64,000 bases of DNA from Raillietiella orientalis (lineage: Eukaryota): assembly GCA_036172245.1 (NCBI GenBank), contig JAYWIR010000121.1, forward strand, positions 1 through 64,000, read 5' to 3'. Positions 30,001 to 45,000 of the stretch are shown one piece after another. Under the pieces are notes generated by a model, which saw only the letters and a list, made by a program, of their open reading frames with translations, did not search any database and was not told the DNA's origin. A program made the position numbers and the translations under genes. Numbering within the stretch: the stretch's first letter is position 1; every line of letters begins with the position of its first letter.

Positions 30001-33000
30001 TATAACTCAATACAGAACAGAAGTCACCAACTATCTAAAACAACAGAAATGCTTTTTGACGATTTTCAACATTAGTTGCTACGTTAACAATTCCGTAGTC
30101 AATCCGTTGTCACTTGCTGCAATGTCGATGACACTGGAATTGTGAGGTCACACCAAAAAATTGCAGATTCCCAATGGCAGTCGATTTGCGACTTGTCAAC
30201 CGTATGAAACGGAAACAATCGGTGCATTCAAAATGAGATCTTCAGTTGCATGCTAAATTTTTATCATATTTATGTTAAGAAAGCAAGGAAAATAGTGGAA
30301 TTTTCCAAATTGCGCTGCTTAAATGGCGTCCGCATTTGCAGTGGAACCTTCATTTTTGCAACGATTCTGCTATGCAGAAATTGCCTCTCTCTGCACATCA
30401 GTCGACGTCCACACATAGATCAGAATTCGCGATGCAACTGAAACTGTTTTGCCAGTTTTTATTGTTTCTACGACCATGGCGCAACTTGGCAAGCCTCGTC
30501 CATCGAGGTTGCGAATTTTTAGAAAAATTGTAAATAGTAGTCTATATCGAAGAATAATGTTGATAAAACAAGTTATTCTTTGTTTGTCCAAGCAGATCGA
30601 AATCGAAATAAAGAGAGGTGAGATTGTAGTGCCATTGCAGAATAAAAGAAAAGGAACGAAAAACATCTTTGCTGTTAATGTACTCGGAACGCAGTAACTA
30701 GGACATCCGACGTAGATTTTCTAGTGTGTCTCGGTATATTGAATAGCACTTACGTGGGTGCTCTTTGCCGCCATGGGCGACATTCATGTGAAAGCACAAG
30801 AGCGGAAAGATCTTTTGCAGAGACAACCTTGTTTTGGAACTGCCGTGGAAAGATCTAAGATTCGTAGTTTACTTTGGCTCTGAATGTTTGGTCTTCAATT
30901 TGTGACATTCGTTTCCATGACAATGAGATGGATTTAGAGTGTTCCTTTCTTTGGAAGCAAAGGAAAGTCCGTGTTCTTTATCGCTGTTGTCTTGAACAGT
31001 TATCTTCTGTGGAGTATATGTGTGAAGTATGCCGATGCATTCTCATCAAAGCAACGAAAATATACCTGTGCGTAGAAAGTGGAAAGCAACCGAATGAAGA
31101 CATTAGTTTGCTCGAAAGAATTACTTCGGCACAGACGTAACCAAATCCTAGAGGAGAACGAGTGCTATTACAGGAATTGCTTCATTCGTTTAGGCGACAA
31201 TTATTCTGTAACAAATCGGTTGTGTCGCACAGAAATGTCGATGAGACTGGACATATTAGTGCTCACCGAAAAATTGCTCCTGCGCTCCTGTAATCGAGAT
31301 TCGGATTTAGACGGTATGTGATCCGAACCATCGAATCTTTGCAGTTGAGTGTTAGACATGCGTATTTCGTTATGTATTCGATAGCCAAACGAATTCAACG
31401 CAGATTTAATTCTTAGAAAATTTTCCTTTCTCAAATAGTGTTATTATTTCGATTGAAACGAACTGCTTTATGGCGAAGAACCATGATAAGAACTGCTTAT
31501 CTTTGCGCATCAGTCGACGTGCACACATGATTCTATATTAACCATAGATATCCAAACCAGCGGTACAGGGTTTGAATACGCTCTGCGCCACTTAACAAAC
31601 TTTGTCTATCGCTGTGCTTATGCTTCTCAAGAATCAAAATGACAACTAGCGTTGAAATGTAACTAACCAAGCGAAGGCATTCTTCGTTCGTCTACACAGA
31701 TCGAATGGCCAATCCAAGCAGCTAGAGATGTAGTGTCATTTTGTGAAGACAAAACAGAAAAGTAACAACCTCATCGTCATTGCTGCCACTTGGAAGGCAA
31801 CAACTCGAACTTCCGACAACCAATTCCCAATGTTTCTCTGAATATGGAATACAACATTGGTGTCTCTTCCTTTCTCGGAATCGGTTAATTTCTTCATAGC
31901 GAACATGATATGGAAGCTGTCTTACAGGAAAACAGCTGTTGTCGAACAAAAGTCAAGATATCTTTGCTCTTTCAAATTCGAAGAATATAAAAGGGTGTCA
32001 TTTGTTTCGCAACCTTTGTTTCCTGGACAACGAAACAGATGTCGGAGTGTACCATCCCTTGGAAAAAATAACTATTTATCATTCTTCATGATAGCAGTCT
32101 AAAGTTGACTTATTTGCGAAGATGATATCAAGAATGCGGATGCGTGATCTTCCTAGCAGGAAATAATTACCTCTGCATGGGAAAACAAGCAAAACTCATT
32201 GAAAATGTCAACTTAATATAATAACTCAATACAGAACAGAACTCACCAACTATCTAAAACAACAGAAATGCTTTTTGACGATTTTCAACATTAGTTGCTA
32301 CGTTAACAATTCCGTAGTCAATCCGTTGTCACTTGCTGCAATGTCGATGACACTGGAATTGTGAGGTCACACCAAAAAATTGCAGATTCCCAATGGCAGT
32401 CGATTTGCGACTTGTCAACCGTATGAAACGGAAACAATCGGTGCATTCAAAATGAGATCTTCAGTTGCATGCTAAATTTTAATCATAATTATGTTAAGAA
32501 AGCAAGGAAAATAGTGGAATTTTCCAAATTGCGCTGCTTAAATGGCGTCCGCATTTGCAGTGGAACCTTCATTTTTGTAACGATTCTGCTATGCAGAAAT
32601 TGCCTCTCTTTGCACATCAGTCGACGTCCACACATAGATCAGAATTCGCGATGCAACTGAAACTGTTTTGCCAGTTTTTATTGCTTCTATGAGCATGGCG
32701 CAACCTGGCAAACCTCGTCGATCGAGGTTGCGAATTTTTAGAAAAATTGTAAATAGCAGGTTGTATCGAAGAATAATGTTGATAAAACAAGTTATTCTTT
32801 GTTTGTCCAAGCAGATCGAAATCGAAATAAAGAGAGGTGAGGGTGTAGTGCCATTGCAGAATAAAAGAAAAGGAACGAAAAACATCTTTGCTGTTAATGT
32901 ACTGGGAACGGAGTAACTAGGACTTCCGACGTAGATTTTCTTGTGTGTCTCGGTATATTGAATAGCACTTACGTGGGTGCTCTTTTGCCGCCATGGGCGA

Positions 33001-36000
33001 CATTCATGTGAAAGCACAAGAGCGGAAAGATCTTTTGCAGAGACAACCTTGTCTTGGAACTGCAGTGGAAAGATCTATGATTCGTAGTTTACTTTGGCTC
33101 TGAATGTTTGGTCTTTAATTTGTGACATTCGTTCCCATGACAATGGAATGGATTTAGAGTGTTCATTTCTTTTGAAGAAAAGGAAAGTCCGTGTTCTTTA
33201 TCGCTGTTGTCTTGAACGGTTATCTTCTGTGGAGTATATGCGTGAAGTATGCTGATGCATTCTCATCAAAGCAACGAAAATATACCTGTGCGTAGAAAGT
33301 GGAAAGCAACCGAATGAAGACATTAGTTTGCTCGAAAGAATTACTTCGGCACAGACGTAACCAAATCCTAGAGGAGAACGAGTGCTATTACAGGAATTGC
33401 TTCATTCGTTTAGGCGACAATTATTCTGTAACAAATCGGTTGTGTCGCACAGAAATGTCGATGGAACTGGACATATTAGTGCTCACCGAAAAATTGCACC
33501 TGCGCTCCTGAAATCCAGATTCGGATTTAGACGGTATGTGATCCGAACCATCGAATCTTTGCAGTTGAGTGTTAGAGATGCGTATTTCGTTTTGTTTTCG
33601 ATAGCCAAACGAATTCAACGCAGATTGAATTCTTAGAAAATTTTCCTTTCTCAAATAGTGTTTTTATTTCGATTGAAACGCTCTGTTTTATGGCGAAGAA
33701 CCATGGGAAGAACTGCTTATCTTTGCGCATCAGTCGACGTGCACACATGATTCTATCTTAACCATAGATATGCAAACCAGCGGTACAGGGTTTGAATCCG
33801 CTCTGCGCCACTTAACAAACTTTGTCTATCGCTGTGCTTATGCTTCTCAAGAATCAAAATGACAACTAGCGTTGAAATGTAAGTAACCAAGCGAAGGCAT
33901 TCTTCGTTCGTCTACACAGATCCACGCAGCTAGAGATGTAGTGTCATTTTATGAAAACAAAACAGAAAAGTAACAACCTCATCGTCATTGCTGCCACATG
34001 GAAGCCAATAACTCGAACTTCCGACAACCAATTCCCAATGTTTCTCGGAATATGAAATACAACATTGGTGTCTCTTCCTTTCTCGGAATCGGTTGATTTC
34101 TTCATAGCGAACATGCCATGGAAGCTGTCTTACAGGAAAACAGCTGTTGTGGAACAAGAGTCAAGATATCTTTGCTCCTTCAAATTCGAAGAATATAAAA
34201 GGGTGTCATTTGATTCGCAACCTTTGTTTCCTGGACAACGAAACAGATGTCGGAGTGTACAATCCCTTGGAAAAAATAACTATTCATCATTGTTCATGAT
34301 AGCAGTCTAAAGTTGACATGATTTGCGAAGATGATATCAAGAATGCAGATGCGTGATCTTCCTAGCAGGAAATAATTAGCTCTGCATGGGAAAACAAGCA
34401 AAATTCATTGAAAATGTCAACATAATATAATAACTGAATACAGAACAGAAGTCACCAACTATCTAAAACAACAAGAATGCTTCTTGACGATTTTCAACAT
34501 TAGTTGCTACGTAAAGAATTCCGTAGTGAATCCGTTGTCACATGCTGCAATGCCGATGACACTGGAATTGTGAGGTCCCACCAAAAAATTGCAGATTCCC
34601 AATGGCAGTCGATTTGCGACTTGTCAAGCGTATGAAACGGAAACAATCGGTGCACTCGAAATGAGATCAGCAGACGCATGCTAAATTTTAATCACAATTA
34701 TGTTAAGAAAGCAAGAAAAATAGTAAAATCTTCCAAATTGCGCTGCTTAAATGGCGTCCGCATTTGCAGTGCAACCTTCAACTTTGTAACGATTCAACTA
34801 TGCAGAAATTGCCTCTCTTTGCACATCAGTCGACGTCCACACATAGATCAGAATTCGCGATGCAACTGAAACTGTTTTGCCAGTTTTTATTGTTTCTATG
34901 AGCATGGCGCAACTTGGCAAGCCTCGTCGATCGAGGTTGCCAATTTTTAGAAAAATTGTAAATAGTAGTCTATATCGAAGAAGAATGTTGATAAAACAAG
35001 TTATTCTTTGTTTGTCCAAGCACATCGAAATCGAAATAAAGAGAGGTGAGGGTGTAGTGCCATTGCAGAATCAAAGAAAAGGAACGGGATACATCTTTGC
35101 TGTTAATGTACTGGGAACGCAGTAACTAGGACTTCCGACGTAGATTTTCTAGTGTGTCTCGGTATATTGAATAGCACTTACGTGGGTGCTCTGTTGCCGC
35201 CATGGGCGACATTCATGTGAAAGCACAAGAGCGGAAAGATCTTTTGCAGAGACAACCTTGTCTTGGGACTGCCGTGGAAAGATCTATGATTCGTAGTTTA
35301 CTTTGGCTCTGAATGTTTGGTCTTCAATTTGTGACATTCGTTTCCATGACAATGGGATGGATTTAGAGTGTTCATTTCCTTGGAAGGAAAGGAAAGTCCG
35401 TGTTCTTTATTGCTGTTGTCTTGAACTGTTATCTTCTGTGGAGTATATGTGTGAAGTATGCCGATGCATTCTCATCAAAGCAACGAAAATATACCTGTGC
35501 GTAGAAAGTGGAAAGCAACCGAATGAAGACATTAGTTTGCTCGAAAGAATTACTTCGGCACAGACGTAACCAAATCCTAGAGGAGAACGAGTGCTATTAC
35601 AGGAATTGCTTCATTCGTTTAGGCGACAATTATTCTGTTACAAATCGGTTGTGTCGCACAGAAATGTCGATCGGACTGGACATATTAGTGCTCACCGAAA
35701 TATTGCACCTGCGCTCCTGTAATCCAGATTCGGATTTAGACGGTATCTGATCCGAACCATCGAATCTTTGCAGTTGAGTGTTAGACATGCGTATTTCGTT
35801 ATGTTTTCGATAGCCAAACGAATTCAACGCAGATTTAATTCTTAGAAAATTTTCCTTTCTCAAATAGTGTTATTATTTCGATTGAAACGCTCTGCTTTAT
35901 GGCGAAGATCCATGGGAAGTACTGCTTATCTTTGCGCATCAGTCGACGTGCACACATGATTCTATATTAACCATCGATATCCAAACCAGCGGTACAGGGT

Positions 36001-39000
36001 TTGAATACGCTCTGCGCCACTTAACAAACTTTGTCTATCGCTGTGCTTATGCTTCTCAAGAATCAAAATGACAACTAGCGTTGAAATGTAAGTAACCAAG
36101 TGAAGATATTCTTCGTTCGTCTACACAGATCGAATGGCCAATCCACGCAGCTAGAGATGTAGTGTCATTTTATGAAAACAAAACAGAAAAGTAACAACCT
36201 CATCGTCATTGCTGCCACTTGGAAGGCAACAACTCGAACTTCCGACAACCAATTCCCAATGTTTCTCGGAATATGAAATACAACATTGGTGTCTCTTCTT
36301 TCGCGGAATCGGTTGATTTCTTCATAGCGAACATGCCATGGAAGCTGTCTTACAGGAAAACAGCTGTTGTGGAACAAGAGTCAAGATATCTTTACTCCTT
36401 CAAATTCGAAGAATATAAAAGGGTGTCGTTTGATTCGCAACCTTTGTTTCCTGGACAACGAAACAGATGTCGGAGTGTACAATCCCTTGGAAAGAATAAC
36501 TATTCATCATTGTTCATGATAGCAGTCTAAAGTTGACATGATTTGCGAAGACGATATCAAGAATGCGGATGCGTGATCTTCCTAGCAGGAAATACTTAGC
36601 TCTGCATGGGAAAACAAGCAAAACTCATTGAAAATGTGAACACAATATAATAACTGAATACAGAACAGAAGTCACCAACTATCTAAAACAACAAGAATGC
36701 TTCTTGACGATTTTGAACATTAGTTGCTACGTAAAGAATTCCGTAGTGAATCCGCTGTCACATGCGGCAATGTCGATGACACTGGAATTGTGAGATCCCA
36801 CCAAAAAATTGCAGATTCCCAATGGGAGTCGATTTGCGACTTGTCAACCGTATGAAACGGAAACAATCGGTGCACTCGAAATGAGGTCAGCAGATGCATG
36901 CTAAATTTTAATCACAATTATGTTAAGAAAGCAAGGAAAATAGTAAAATTTTCCTAATACCGCTGCTTAAATGGCGTCCGCATTTGCAGTGCAACCTTCA
37001 ACTTTGTAACGATTCAACTATGCAGAAATTGCCTCTCTTCGCACATCAGTCGACGTCCAAACATAGATCAGAATTCGCGATGCAACTGAAACTGTTTTGC
37101 CAGTTTTTATTGTTTCTATGAGCATGGCGCAACCTGGCAAACCTCGTCGATCGAGGTTGCGAATTTTTAGAAAAATTGTAAATAGCAGGTTGTATCGAAG
37201 AATAATGTTGATAAAACAAGTTATTCTTTGTTTGTCCAAGCAGATCGAAATCGAAATAAAGAGAGGTGAGGGTGTAGTGCCATTGCAGAATAAAAGAAAA
37301 GGAACGAAAAACATCTTTGCTGTTAATGTACTGGGAACGCAGTAACTAGGACTTCCGACGTAGATTTTCTAGTGTGTCTCGGTATATTGAATAGCACTTA
37401 CGTGGGTGCTCTTTTGCCGCCATAGGCGACATTCATGTGAAAGCACAAGAGCGGAAAGATCTTTTGCAGAGACAACCTTGTCTTAAAACTGCCGTGGAAA
37501 GATCTATGATTCGTAGTTTACTTTGGCTCTGAATGTTTGGTCTTCAATTTGTGGCATTCGTTTCCATGACAATGGGATGGATTTAGAGTGTTCATTTCTT
37601 TGGAAGGAAAGGAAAGTCCGTGTTCTTTATCGCTGTTGTCTTGAACTGTTATCTTCTGTGGAGTACATGTGTGAAGTATGCCGATGCATTCTCATCAAAG
37701 CAACGAAAATATACCTGTGCGTAGAAAGTGGAAAGCAACCGAATGAAGACATTAGTTTGCTCGAAAGAATTACTTCGTCACAGACGTAACCAAATCCTAG
37801 AGGAGAACGAGCGCTATTACAGGAATTGCTTCATTCGTTTCTGCGACAATTCTTCTGTAACAAATCGGTTGTGTCGCACAGAAATGTCGATGGAACTGGA
37901 CATATTAGTGCTCACCGAAAAATTGCACCTCCGCTTTTGTAATCCAGATTCGGATTCAGACGGTATGTGATCCGAACCAACGAATCTTTGCAGTTCGGTG
38001 TTAGAGATGCGTATTTCGTTATGTATTCGATAGCCAAACGAATTCAACGCAGATTTAATTCTTAGAAAATTTTCCTTTCTCAAATAGTGTTATTATTTCG
38101 ATTGAAACGCTCTGCTTTATGGCGAAGAACCATGGGAAGAACTGCTTACCTTTGCGCATCAGTCGACGTGCATACATGATTCTATATTAACCATAGATAT
38201 CCAAACCAGCGGTACAGGGTTTGAGTACGCTCTGCGCCACTTAACAAACTTTGTCTATCGCTGTGCTTATGCTTCTCAAGAATCAAAATGACAACTAGCG
38301 TTGAAATGTAAGTAACAAAGCGAAGGCATTCTTCGTTCGTCGACACAGATCGAATAACCAATCCACGCAGCTAGAGATGTAGTGTCATTTTATGAAAACA
38401 AAACAGAAAAGTAACAACCTCATCGTGATTGCTGCCACTTGGAAGGCAATAACTCGAACTTCCGACAACCAATTCCCAATGTTAATCTGAATATGGAATA
38501 CAACATTGGTGTCTCTTCCTTTCTCGGAATCGGTTAATTTCTTGATAGCGAACATTCCATGGAAGCTGTCTTACAGGAAAACAGCTATAGTGGAACAAGA
38601 GTCAAGATATCTTTGCTCCTTCAAATTCGAAGAATATAAAAGGGTGTCATTTGATTCCCAACCTTTGTTTCCTGGACAACGAAACAGATGTCGGAGTGTA
38701 CAATCCATTGCAAAAAATAACTGTTTATCATTCTTCATGATAGCAGTCTAAAGTTGACATGATTTGCGAAGATGATATCAAGAATGCGGATGCGTGATCT
38801 TCCTAGCAGGAAATAATTAGCTCTGCATGGGAAAACAAGCAAAACTCATTGAAAATGTCAACATAATATTATAACTCAATACAGAACAGAAGTCACCAAC
38901 TATCTAAAACAACAGAAATGCTTTTTGACGATTTTCAACATTAGTTGCTACGTTAACAATTCCGTAGTCAATCCGTTGTCACTTGCTGCAATGTCGATGA

Positions 39001-42000
39001 CACTGGAATTGTGAGGTCACACCAAAAAATTGCAGATTCCCAATGGCATTCGATTTGCGACTTGCCAACCGTATGAAACGGAAACAATCGGTGCATTCAA
39101 AATGAGATCTTCAGTTGCATGCTAAATTTTTATCATATTTATGTTAAGAAAGCAAGGAAAATAGTGGAATTTTCCAAATTGCGCTGCTTAAATGGCGTCC
39201 GCATTTGCAGTGGAACCTTCATTTTTGTAACGATTCTGCTATGCAGAAATTGCCTCTCTCTGCACATCAGTCGACGTCCACACATAGATCAGAATTCGCG
39301 ATGCAACTGAAACTGTTTTGCCAGTTTTTATTGTTTCTACGACCATGGCGCAACTTGGCAAGCCTCGTCCATCGAGGTTGCGAATTTTTAGAAAAATTGT
39401 AAATAGTAGTCTATATCGAAGAATAATGTTGATAAAACAAGTTATTCTTTGTTTGTCCAAGCAGATCGAAATCGAAATAAAGAGAGGTGAGATTGTAGTG
39501 CCATTGCAGAATAAAAGAAAAGGAACGAAAAACATCTTTGCTGTTAATGTACTCGGAACGCAGTAACTAGGACATCCGACGTAGATTTTCTAGTGTGTCT
39601 CGGTATATTGAATAGCACTTACGTGGGTGCTCTTTGCCGCCATGGGCGACATTCATGTGATAGCACGAGAGCGGAAAGATGTTTTGCAGAGACAACCTTG
39701 TTTTGGAACTGCCGTGGAAAGATCTAAGATTCGTAGTTTACTTTGGCTCTGAATGTTTGGTCTTCAATTTGTGACATTCGTTTCCATGACAATGAGATGG
39801 ATTTAGAGTGTTCCTTTCTTTGGAAGCAAAGGAAAGTCCGTGTTCTTTATCGCTGTTGTCTTGAACTGTTATCTTCTGTGGAGTATATGTGTGAAGTATG
39901 CCGATGCATTCTCATCAAAGCAACGAAAATATACCTGTGCGTAGAAAGTGGAAAGCAACCGAATGAAGACATTAGTTTGCTCGAAAGAATTACTTCGGCA
40001 CAGACGTAACCAAATCCTAGAGGAGAACGAGTGCTATTACAGGAATTGCTTCATTCGTTTAGGCGACAATTATTCTGTAACAAATCGGTTGTGTCGCACA
40101 GAAATGTCGATGAGACTGGACATATTAGTGCTCACCGAAAAATTGCTCCTGCGCTCCTGTAATCGAGATTCGGATTTAGACGGTATGTGATCCGAACCAT
40201 CGAATCTTTGCAGTTGAGTGTTAGACATGCGTATTTCGTTATGTATTCGATAGCCAAACGAATTTAACGCAGATTTAATTCTTAGAAAATTTTCCTTTCT
40301 CAAATAGTGTTATTATTTCGATTGAAACGCTCTGCTTTATGGCGAAGAACCATGATAAGAACTGCTTATCTTTGCGCATCAGTCGACGTGCACACATGAT
40401 TCTATATTAACCATAGATATCCAAACCAGCGGTACAGGGTTTGAATACGCTCTGCGCCACTTAACAAACTTTGTCTATCGCTGTGCTTATGCTTCTCAAG
40501 AATCAAAATGACAACTAGCGTTGAAATGTAACTAACCAAGCGAAGGCATTCTTCGTTCGTCTACACAGATCGAATGGCCAATCCACGCAGCTAGAGATGT
40601 AGTGTCATTTTATGAAAACAAAACAGAAAAGTAACAACCTCATCGTCATTGCTGCCACTTGGAAGGCAACAACTCGAACTTCCGACAACCAATTCCCAAT
40701 GTTTCTCTGAATATGGAATACAACATTGGTGTCTCTTCCTTTCTCGGAATCGGTTAATTCCTTCATAGCGAACATGATATGGAAGCTGTCTTACAGGAAA
40801 ACAGCTGTTGTGGAACAAAAGTCAAGATATCTTTGCTCTTTCAAATTCGAAGAATATAAAAGGGTGTCATTTGTTTCGCAACCTTTGTTTCCTGGACAAC
40901 GAAACAGATGTCGGAGTGTACCATCCCTTGGAAAAAATAACTATTTATCATTCTTCATGATAGCAGTCTAAAGTTGACTTATTTGCGAAGATGATATCAA
41001 GAATGCGGATGCGTGATCTTCCTAGCAGGAAATAATTAGCTCTGCATGGGAAAACAAGCAAAACTCATTGAAATTGTCAACTTAATATAATAACTCAATA
41101 CAGAACAAAAGTCACCAACTATCTAAAATGTGTTTTATTTTCAACATTAGTTTATACGTTAGCAATTCGTAGTCAATCCGTTGTCACTTGCTGCAATGTC
41201 GATGACACTGGAATTGTGAGATCCTAAAAAATTACCGTTGTGGCGAGTCAGGTGCAGCTTGTCAACCGTATGAAACGGAAACAATCGGTGCATTCAAAAT
41301 GAGCTCGTCAGTTGCATGCTAAATTTTAATCATAATTTTGTTAACAGAGCAAGGAAAATAGTGGAATTTTCCAAATTGCGCTGCTTAAATTGCGTCCGCA
41401 TTTGCAGTGCAACCTTCATTTTTGTAACGATTCGGCTATGCAGAAATTGCCTCTCTTTGCACATCATTCGACGTCCACACATAGATCGGAATTCGCGATG
41501 CAACTGAAACTGTTTTGCCAGTTTTTATTGTTTCCATGAGCATGGAGCAACTTGGCAAACCTCGTCGATCGAGGTTGCGAATTTTAAGTGAAATTGTAGA
41601 TAGCAGGCTGTATCGAAGAATAATGTTGATAAAACAAGTTATTCTTTGTTTGTCCAAGTAGATCGAAATCGAAATAAAGAGAGGGGAGGGTCTAGTGCGA
41701 TTGCAGAATAAAAGAAAAGGAACGAAAAACACCTTTGCTGTTAATGTACTGGGAACGCAGTAACTACGACATCCGATGTAGATTTTCTAGTGTGTCTCGG
41801 TATATTGAATAGTACTTACGTGGGTGCTCTTAGCCGCCATGGGCCACATTCATGTGAAAGCACAAGAGCGGAAAGATCTTTTGAAGAGACAACCTTGTCT
41901 TGGAACTGCCGTAGAAAGATCTATGATTCGTAGTTTTGTTTGGCTCTGAATGTTTGTTCTTCAATTTGTGACATTCGTTTCCATGACAATTGGATGGATT

Positions 42001-45000
42001 TAGAGTGTTCATTTCTTTGGAAGGAAAGGAAAGTCCGTGTTCTTTATCGCTGTTGTATTGAACTGTTATCTTCTGTGGAGTATATGTGTGAAGTATGCCG
42101 ATGCATTCTCATCAAAGCAACGAAAATATACCTCTGCGTAGAAAGTGGAAAGCAAACGACTGAAGACATTAGTTTGCTCGACAGAATTATTACGGCACAG
42201 TCGTCAGCAAATCCTAGAGTAGAACGAGTGCTATTACAGGAATTGAATCATTCGTTTCTGCGACAGTTCTTCTGTAACAAATAGGTTGTGTCGCACAGAA
42301 ATGTCGATGGAACTGGACAGATTAGGGCTCACCAAAGAATTGCATTTGCGCTCCTGTAATCCAGATTCGGATTTAGACGGTATGTGATCCGAACCATCGA
42401 ACCTTCGCAGTTGAGTGTTAGTTATGCGTATTTCGTTATGTTTTCGATAGCAAAACGAATTCAACGCATATTTGATTCTTAGAAAATTTTGCTTTCTCAA
42501 ATAGTTCTATTACTTCGATTGAAACGCTCTGCTTTATGGCGAAGAACCATGGGAAGAACTGCTTATGTTTGCGCATCAGTCGACGTGCACACATAATTCT
42601 ATATTAACCATAGATATCCACACCAGCGGTACAGGGTTTGAATCCGCTCTGCGCCACTTAACAAACTTTGTCTATCGCTGTGCTTATGCTTCTCAAGAAT
42701 CAAAATGACAACTAGCGTTGAAATGTAAGTAACCAAGTGAAGATATTCTTCGTTCGTCGACACAGATCGAATAACCAATCCACGCAGCTAGAGATGTAGT
42801 GTCATTTTATGAAAACAAAACAGAAAAGTAACAACCTCATCGTCATTGCTGCCACTTGGAAGGCAATAACTCGAACTTCCTACAACCAATTCCCAATGTT
42901 TCTGGGAATATGGAATACAACATTGGTGTCTCTTCCTTTGTCGGAATCGGTTAATTTCTTGATAGCGAACATGCCATGGAAGCTGTCTTACAGGAAAACA
43001 GCTGTAGTGGAACAAGAGTCAAGATATCTTTGCTCCTTCAAATTCGAAGAATATAAAAGGGTGTCATTTGTTTCGCAACCTTTGTTTCCTGGACAACGAA
43101 ACAGATGTCGGAGTGTACAATCCCTTGGAAAAAATAACTATTCATCATTGTTCCTGATAGCAGTCTAAAGTTGACATGATTTGCGAAGATGATATCAAGA
43201 ATGCGGATGCGTGATCTTCCTAGCAGGATATAATTAGCTCTGCATGGGAAAACAAACAAAACCCATTGAAAATGTCAACATAATATAATAACTCAATACA
43301 GAACAGAAGTCACCAACTATCTAAAACAACAAGAATGCTTCTTGACGATTTTCAACATTAGTTGCTACGTTAAGAATTCCGTAGTCAATCCGTTGTCACT
43401 TGCTGCAATGTCGATGACACTGGAATTGTGAGGTCCCACCAAAAAATTGCAGATTCCCAATGGCAGTCGATTTGCGACTTGTCAACCGTATGAAACGGAA
43501 ACAATCGGTGCATTCGAAATGAGATCAGCAGATGCATGCTAAATTTTAATCACAATTATGTTAAGAAAGCAAGGAAAATAGTAAAATTTTCCAAATTGCG
43601 CTGCTTAAATGGCGTCCGCATTTGCAGTGCAACCTTTAACTTTGTAACGATTCAGCTATGCAGAAATTGCCTCTCTTTGCACATCAGTCGACGTCCACAC
43701 ATAGATCAGAATTCGCGATGCAACTGAAACTGTTTTGCCAGTTTTTATTGTTTCTATGAGCATGGCGCAACTTGGCAAACCTCGTCGATCGAGGTTGCGA
43801 ATTTTTAGAAAAATTGTAAATAGCAGGCTGTATCGAAGAATAATGTTGATAAAACAAGTTATTCTTTGTTTGTCCAAGCAGATCGAAATCGAAATAAAGA
43901 GAGGTGAGGGTGTAGTGCCATTGCAGAATAAAAGAAAAGGAACGAAAAACATCTTTGCTGTTAATGTACTGGGAACGCAGTAACTAGGACTTCCGACGTA
44001 GATTTTCTAGTGTGTCTCGGTATATTGAATAGCACTTACGTGGGTGCTCTTTTGCCGCCATGGGCGACATTCATGTGAAAGCAAAAGAGCGGAAAGATCT
44101 TTTGCAGAGACAACCTTGTCTTGGAACTGCCGTGGAAAGATCTATGATTCGTAGTTTACTTTAGCTCTGAATGTTTGGTCTTCAATTTGTGACATTCGTT
44201 TCCATGACAATGGGATGGATTTAGAGTGTTCATTTCTTTGGAAGGAAAGGAAAGTCCGTGTTCTTTATCGCTGTTGTCTTGAACTGTTATCTTCTGTGGA
44301 GTATATGTGTGAAGTAAGCCGATGCATTCTCATCAAAGCAACGAAAATATACCTGTGCGTAGAAAGTGGAAAGCAACCGACTGAAGACATTAGTTTGCTC
44401 GACAGAATTATTACGGCACAGACGTCAGCAAATCCTGAAGGAAAAGGAGTGCTATTACACGAATTGAATCATTCGTTTCTGCGACAGTTCTTCTGTAACA
44501 AATAGGTTGTGTCGCACAGAAATGTCGATGGAACTGGACAGATTAGGGCTCACCAAAGAATTGCATTTGCGCTCCTGTAATCCAGATTCGGATTTAGACG
44601 GTATGTGATCCGAACCATCGAACCTTCGCAGTTGAGTGTTAGTTATGCGTATTTCGTTATGTTTTCGATAGCAAAACGAATTCAACGCATATTTGATTCT
44701 TAGAAAATTTTGCTTTCTCAAATAGTTCTATTACTTCGATTGAAACGCTCTGCTTTATGGCGAAGAACCATGGGAAGAACTGCTTATGTTTGCGCATCAG
44801 TCGACGTGCACACATGATTCTATATTAACCATAGATATCCACACCAGCGGTACAGGGTTTGAATCCGCTCTGCGCCACTTAACAAACTTTGTCTATCGCT
44901 GTGCTCATGCTTCTCAAGAATCAAAATGACAACTAGCGTTGAAATGTAAGTAACCAAGTGAAGATATTCTTCGTTCGTCGACACAGATCGAATAACCAAT

